Below are positions 54,972 through 58,951 of a stretch of DNA of 58,951 nt, in pieces (the stretch's first letter is position 1; each line of letters opens with the position of its first letter). The stretch lies in the IMG/VR virus record IMGVR_UViG_3300031227_000044, positions 1 to 58,951 of that record. The stretch is one strand, 5' to 3'. Source of the stretch: a virus (taxonomy: Duplodnaviria; Caudoviricetes). Position numbers and translations under genes: made by a program. The notes below the pieces were generated by a model. The model did not search any database and was not told where the DNA came from. It worked only from the letters and a program-made list of their open reading frames with translations.

Positions 54972-56119
54972 TGCACTTTGGGCAGGATGGAATCCTGGCA
55001 GTCACGAATCCGATCCGCATGAGGAGCCAGGTCGGACAACATGGCCAGCAATTCAGCCTTCATGTCATGGGTGGGTACATAGCCCAGGTCGAGGAGCTTT
55101 TGATGGTCAGGCTCGTAGAAATGTTCTTCTGCTTCTTTCCTTGGGTTCTGGACGGCCTGGATCGCAATCTCCCTCTCGAACACTTCCTGGCCGGCTTCCG
55201 CAACGGCTTCCGCCAACTCGGTGATGCCGTAGATGTCCTCAAACTGGTTGACGACCCGGTATTCACCTTCCGCAGGGGGCTTCTCCAGCAGCAGCGTCAT
55301 GCACTGGATGGAGTCCCGCAGAGTCAGAAACCCCCGAATCTGGCGACCCTTGCCGTAAGGGGTCAGGGGCAGCCCGATGGTAGCTTGAGCACAGAAGCGA
55401 TTGATGACCGTCCCGAACGCTTCGTCGAAGTCGAACCGGGTACATAGTCCGGGATCCAACATGGTCTCGTCCGTCTTGGTTCCGTAGACCGGGCCCTGCA
55501 TGATGTCGGTGGACCGGAAGCCCCACGCTTTGCACACGAGAGCGATGTTGGTTGAGTCGTGAACTTTGGTGGCATGGTAGAAGCTGCCCGCAGCTTTGGG
55601 GAACGGGACGGTGGCGGTGTGGCCCTTGTAGCTCATCTCGCAGAACCCTTCAGCAATGGGCATCCCGGGCGTTCCATATTCGCCCATCGTTCCCAGCTTC
55701 AGCAGGTGGGTTTTCGGGCAAGCCTTTTGCATGGCCCAGAGCAACGACAGGGTGCCGTTGATGTTGTTGTCGTGGGTGAAGCGGGCGTGTTCGAAATCAA
55801 TCATGGAGTACGGAGCCGATGGCATCTCGCCCAGGTGAACGATTGCGTCCGGTTGGAAGATTTCCAGCAAGTTAACCACCACGGCATGATTCCGAACGTC
55901 AATTTCCTGGTAGTCAATAGATTTTCCGGTCTTGTCTTGAAAGATTCCCAGACGCTCCCTCATGGGAAGAATGGGCAACGCCGAGACACTTCCCATCTCC
56001 GCTACCATGTCCCGGCGACTCCCGTTGTCGATGCCAAAAACATCATGACCGCGCTGCGCCAGGTGCATTGCCAGGGGCCAACCAAGATAGCCGTCCATTC
56101 CGATGATGAAAATCTTCAT
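54959..56119 (-). CDS. sqdB: UDP-sulfoquinovose synthase (SqdB/SQD1/Agl3 family)
   Basis: GMDGYLGWP, SAPYSMID, KLGTMGEYGTP, SFYHATKVHD, QGPVYG, FGTVINRFC, YGKGRQIRG: the family signatures. Confidence 0.93.
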   Translation of the reverse strand: MKIFIIGMDGYLGWPLAMHLAQRGHDVFGIDNGSRRDMVAEMGSVSALPILPMRERLGIFQDKTGKSIDYQEIDVRNHAVVVNLLEIFQPDAIVHLGEMPSAPYSMIDFEHARFTHDNNINGTLSLLWAMQKACPKTHLLKLGTMGEYGTPGMPIAEGFCEMSYKGHTATVPFPKAAGSFYHATKVHDSTNIALVCKAWGFRSTDIMQGPVYGTKTDETMLDPGLCTRFDFDEAFGTVINRFCAQATIGLPLTPYGKGRQIRGFLTLRDSIQCMTLLLEKPPAEGEYRVVNQFEDIYGITELAEAVAEAGQEVFEREIAIQAVQNPRKEAEEHFYEPDHQKLLDLGYVPTHDMKAELLAMLSDLAPHADRIRDCQDSILPKVQWRL

Positions 56120-56928
56120 TTCAGTCTTTCCATGTGCGAGGTGTATAACGCCTGTGCTTCTTCGACACTAGAACAAGGAAAGAGCAACAAGGAGGCGTGT
56201 TCTCTGGCCCCTTTCGTGCGCTTCCCACCCGGCATCCACTGTAGCTCTATTTCGTCAAACTTCTTCTCAGCCGGGGGCCGGGGCCTGGTGGCCCGAATTT
56301 CCCCCCCGACAAATTGGCCTTGAGTTGACGACAACGATTCGACGATCAGGCCAAACCCTTCCGAGGTGCCCATAGCGCATCCCCAGCCGTGGCCAGTAAA
56401 CCCAACCTTCAGTCGTTGCGGAATCGGGGCCTCCACCATCGGCTCAACGGCCAGAGGCTCCCATGCCTTCTGCTCGTCAGATCGAATGCCCATGTACGTT
56501 GGCCTCACTGCCCCAACGGCGTATCTTTGCGTAGCCCCTCCTGGAGCGAGGAAGCAAATCGAAGTGTCCCCAGATGATTCGATATCTCGCAAATACATGC
56601 GGCTTACATCGATCCTCAACACTCTTGGGTCATCGGTTTCCATCAGAACGGTTCTGAACTCTTGAGTGTCCCCCCGACCTTCTTCCGTGCGGGACTCCCC
56701 CCTTATCAGTATCCCGGATTTGGTTCGGACAACCTTGGCGTCTTCGCAATACAGCCCTCCGAGGAAGTGATTAGCAGACCGATATTTTTGATCTACCCGT
56801 ACCTCTGGGAACAACTCGATAACCTCGTGGAGGGCGCCCCTGTCCGACAGGACGCCATCTTTGCCCGAAAATCGAATCAATCCTCTTGAAAGAACTTCAA
56901 CCGTATAATGTGAAGTTGAAATCTCCAT
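56116..56928 (-). CDS. Hypothetical beta-rich protein within the sugar cluster
   Basis: Start MEISTSHY right after the MTase stop; ATGA overlap with sqdB. Confidence 0.6.
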   Translation of the reverse strand: MEISTSHYTVEVLSRGLIRFSGKDGVLSDRGALHEVIELFPEVRVDQKYRSANHFLGGLYCEDAKVVRTKSGILIRGESRTEEGRGDTQEFRTVLMETDDPRVLRIDVSRMYLRDIESSGDTSICFLAPGGATQRYAVGAVRPTYMGIRSDEQKAWEPLAVEPMVEAPIPQRLKVGFTGHGWGCAMGTSEGFGLIVESLSSTQGQFVGGEIRATRPRPPAEKKFDEIELQWMPGGKRTKGAREHASLLLFPCSSVEEAQALYTSHMERLK

Positions 56929-56930
56929 CG

Positions 56931-57557
56931 TCAGCGCTTTCTCCACACATAGAGAGTAATGACTCTGTTGTTGAAATCTCTCGTCATCGTCAGGAATGGA
57001 TACAGGGAAGGAGGTGTGGCCTTGCGAACCTCTGAGGTCGTCAGATAGGAACGTATTTGTTTCCGATTCCGTTCGTCTTGATACCAATCCAAGGCGACGT
57101 AACCCCCTGGCCTTAGCAACTCCGAGGATCGAGACAAGAATTCGTCGGGCCCTTGTTCGAGATCGTACCAAGAATCCATGCAGCTAATCAGGCCCAAAGA
57201 CGCTGGGGCCATACCGTCCAAGGGGTCTAGCTTGCTTCCCTGTCGGAACTCTGCTGGTATTCCAACCTTGTCCCACAGACCTTTGGCGATCAGGCCCTTG
57301 GATGCGTCATAGTCCGTGCCGATCAGATTGCGGTAGCCCATGTCGCCGATGTAGGCCAGCCAGAAGCCAACGCCACAGCACACGTCCACAATCGGGGCAT
57401 CTTTCGGAAGGCTCGGAAGAACATGACCCCTGAGGTTTGAGATAATCCACCCACCGGACTGCCTGGGGTTTCGACGGAGGAAATATCCCAAATACCGATC
57501 CCGAAGTTCAGGGGCCAGGTCCTCCAAGGCCGCTTGGATTTTATCTCCTATCTCCAC
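56931..57557 (-). CDS. Class I SAM-dependent methyltransferase
   Basis: IVDVCCGVG, GTD, LLRPGG; no DNA-MTase PPY/PPF motif. Confidence 0.85.
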   Translation of the reverse strand: MEIGDKIQAALEDLAPELRDRYLGYFLRRNPRQSGGWIISNLRGHVLPSLPKDAPIVDVCCGVGFWLAYIGDMGYRNLIGTDYDASKGLIAKGLWDKVGIPAEFRQGSKLDPLDGMAPASLGLISCMDSWYDLEQGPDEFLSRSSELLRPGGYVALDWYQDERNRKQIRSYLTTSEVRKATPPSLYPFLTMTRDFNNRVITLYVWRKR

Positions 57558-58891
57558 AGTTCCACCGCCATGAGATCCCTGGTTACTTTTGTCTGCCCGC
57601 GATGAACGACCATGCGGGCCGGCTTGACGGCTTCAAACAGCTTGGTCCAGGACTTCTCGCGAAGGCGCTGATAGATGAACCCGGACTGAATCAGGGTCTT
57701 GTCCTCGGGCAAAAGGTCTACCCCGAATACGCGCACAATCAATACCGTGCCGGTTATCCTCCAAAGTTCCGAGATGGCAGTGGGGATTTTGTCGAGAGGC
57801 AAGTGCGGAAGCACCGCCGCACAGTTGACGAACGGATGGCTGCGTGTTTTCTGCTTGCTCTTGAAGATGTCGTCCAGTTCAACGTCGATGGCCGGGAATC
57901 TTTCTCGGGCCCGGAGAAGCATATCCCTGGTAACGTCCACGCCCTTGTAGGACAATTTCAAAACCTTGGATAACTCGGGGTAGTCTTCGCCAGTACCGCA
58001 GCCGAAATCAAGCACTGTTGACGACCCGGACTCGGGCGCCACATCATGGAGGATATCGTAGTAAAGCTTCCGCCGTTCCTGCTGGTTAGGGTCATTCTTC
58101 CAGAAATCCTCAACCGCTTCTCGTGCAGGAGCCTGCTCCCATCGCTGCCACCACCGATCATCGAATATCCGCTCCAACTCCTTCAGGGAGTTTGTCCAGG
58201 AAATCCCCCGGCTCCGAACTTCAGCGATCCGCTTGGGCGCATCCTGCACTCGCTGGAGTTGAAAGACCTCTGGCACATGAAAGCCCTTGATCCCATTCCT
58301 GAGCATGTGCCAGACGACCCGCCATTCCTCGTGCTCGGGGAAGGAGCGATCCAGGTAGGGCGATACCGTCTCCCAGGCGGATCGACGGTAGGCATAGTAG
58401 GAACCCCTGAACAGGTTGGCCTTGCTGCGGTCCTGGATCATCTGAGATGTCCGGACAATCTCATCGCCTGCCTTATGAGAGCCGTCACTCTGGTCCACCA
58501 TGAACTGAGCTTGGATGTCGGTATGGACGAAGCCCACATCAGCGGCCACGCTGTCGAGGGGAAGGGGCCCCAAGGCCAAATCGTCATCGTCAAGATTGAC
58601 AATCCAATCCCCGGAAGCCTTGTCGAAAAGACCAAATCTGGCCCTTGCCAAGTCTTTGCGCTGGTCCGTCCCACCGAGAATCTTGATTTCCACGCCGGGG
58701 CGCCCACGCAAAGCCGCACGACTCACTCTGGCGATGTCGGCATGATCGTAGCCGTACTTCCCGGATGACACTTGCGGGCTGATGCCGAAGAGGATTTCAT
58801 TCGGCAGCGCGTATTTCAGAAGCGACTCGATGGCTTCCTGCACAACCTTGAAGTCTGGTTGGGAGATAAGCATACAGGCGGTGACTTTCAT
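57548..58891 (-). CDS. GT2-like glycosyltransferase fused to class I SAM methyltransferase
   Basis: N-terminal GT-A fold ASGDWIVNLDDDD; C-terminal VLDFGCGTG...GVD...HLP. Confidence 0.8.
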   Translation of the reverse strand: MKVTACMLISQPDFKVVQEAIESLLKYALPNEILFGISPQVSSGKYGYDHADIARVSRAALRGRPGVEIKILGGTDQRKDLARARFGLFDKASGDWIVNLDDDDLALGPLPLDSVAADVGFVHTDIQAQFMVDQSDGSHKAGDEIVRTSQMIQDRSKANLFRGSYYAYRRSAWETVSPYLDRSFPEHEEWRVVWHMLRNGIKGFHVPEVFQLQRVQDAPKRIAEVRSRGISWTNSLKELERIFDDRWWQRWEQAPAREAVEDFWKNDPNQQERRKLYYDILHDVAPESGSSTVLDFGCGTGEDYPELSKVLKLSYKGVDVTRDMLLRARERFPAIDVELDDIFKSKQKTRSHPFVNCAAVLPHLPLDKIPTAISELWRITGTVLIVRVFGVDLLPEDKTLIQSGFIYQRLREKSWTKLFEAVKPARMVVHRGQTKVTRDLMAVELWR

Positions 58892-58950
58892 TTCAATGCC
58901 TCCAAGATTTGGCTTCCAACTGTTTGGCGATCAAACAGAAGGCCGCGTTT
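58888..58950 (-). CDS. C-terminus of an upstream gene (truncated by window edge)
   Basis: KRGLLFDRQTVGSQILEALK* with ATGA overlap on the GT start. Confidence 0.45.
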   Translation of the reverse strand, partial: KRGLLFDRQTVGSQILEALK

Positions 58951-58951
58951 T

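Noticed and set aside
1-58951. Alternative genetic code, introns or inteins
   Set aside because: Core genes read uninterrupted in the standard code and have normal lengths

Overview
The window is a contiguous part of a tailed dsDNA phage genome (Caudoviricetes, contractile-tail myovirus type). No integrase or host genes are visible. The left arm (1-25.7 kb, minus strand) holds the late module: baseplate, tape measure, tail chaperone with a -1 frameshift, two tail-tube paralogs, sheath, neck, capsid, scaffold, ClpP-type protease, portal, terminase, muramidase endolysin, an Asp/Cys-rich lipoprotein-like gene, fibre-like proteins and a DNA methyltransferase. A divergent non-coding region (25.75-26.4 kb) separates it from the right arm (26.4-54.1 kb, plus strand), which carries early and replication genes: a DUF3560-methyltransferase, a Ycf46-like AAA+/DUF1257/DUF2997 module, many small Cys-rich proteins, an SMC-like ATPase, recombination genes, RusA, DUF5131, an initiator and a DnaC-like loader. 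The window ends with a minus-strand sugar-modification cluster (glycosyltransferase-methyltransferase fusion, second methyltransferase, unknown protein, UDP-sulfoquinovose synthase, epimerase). Best leads: (1) a phage-encoded sulfoquinovose glycosylation pathway; (2) a basic C-terminal motif TR[RK][LM][RK]xRK shared by four unrelated proteins including the AAA+ ATPase; (3) a tRNA-like RNA with an enlarged anticodon loop; (4) a candidate promoter-driven small RNA upstream of the terminase. All family assignments come from motif recognition by eye; no searches were run.
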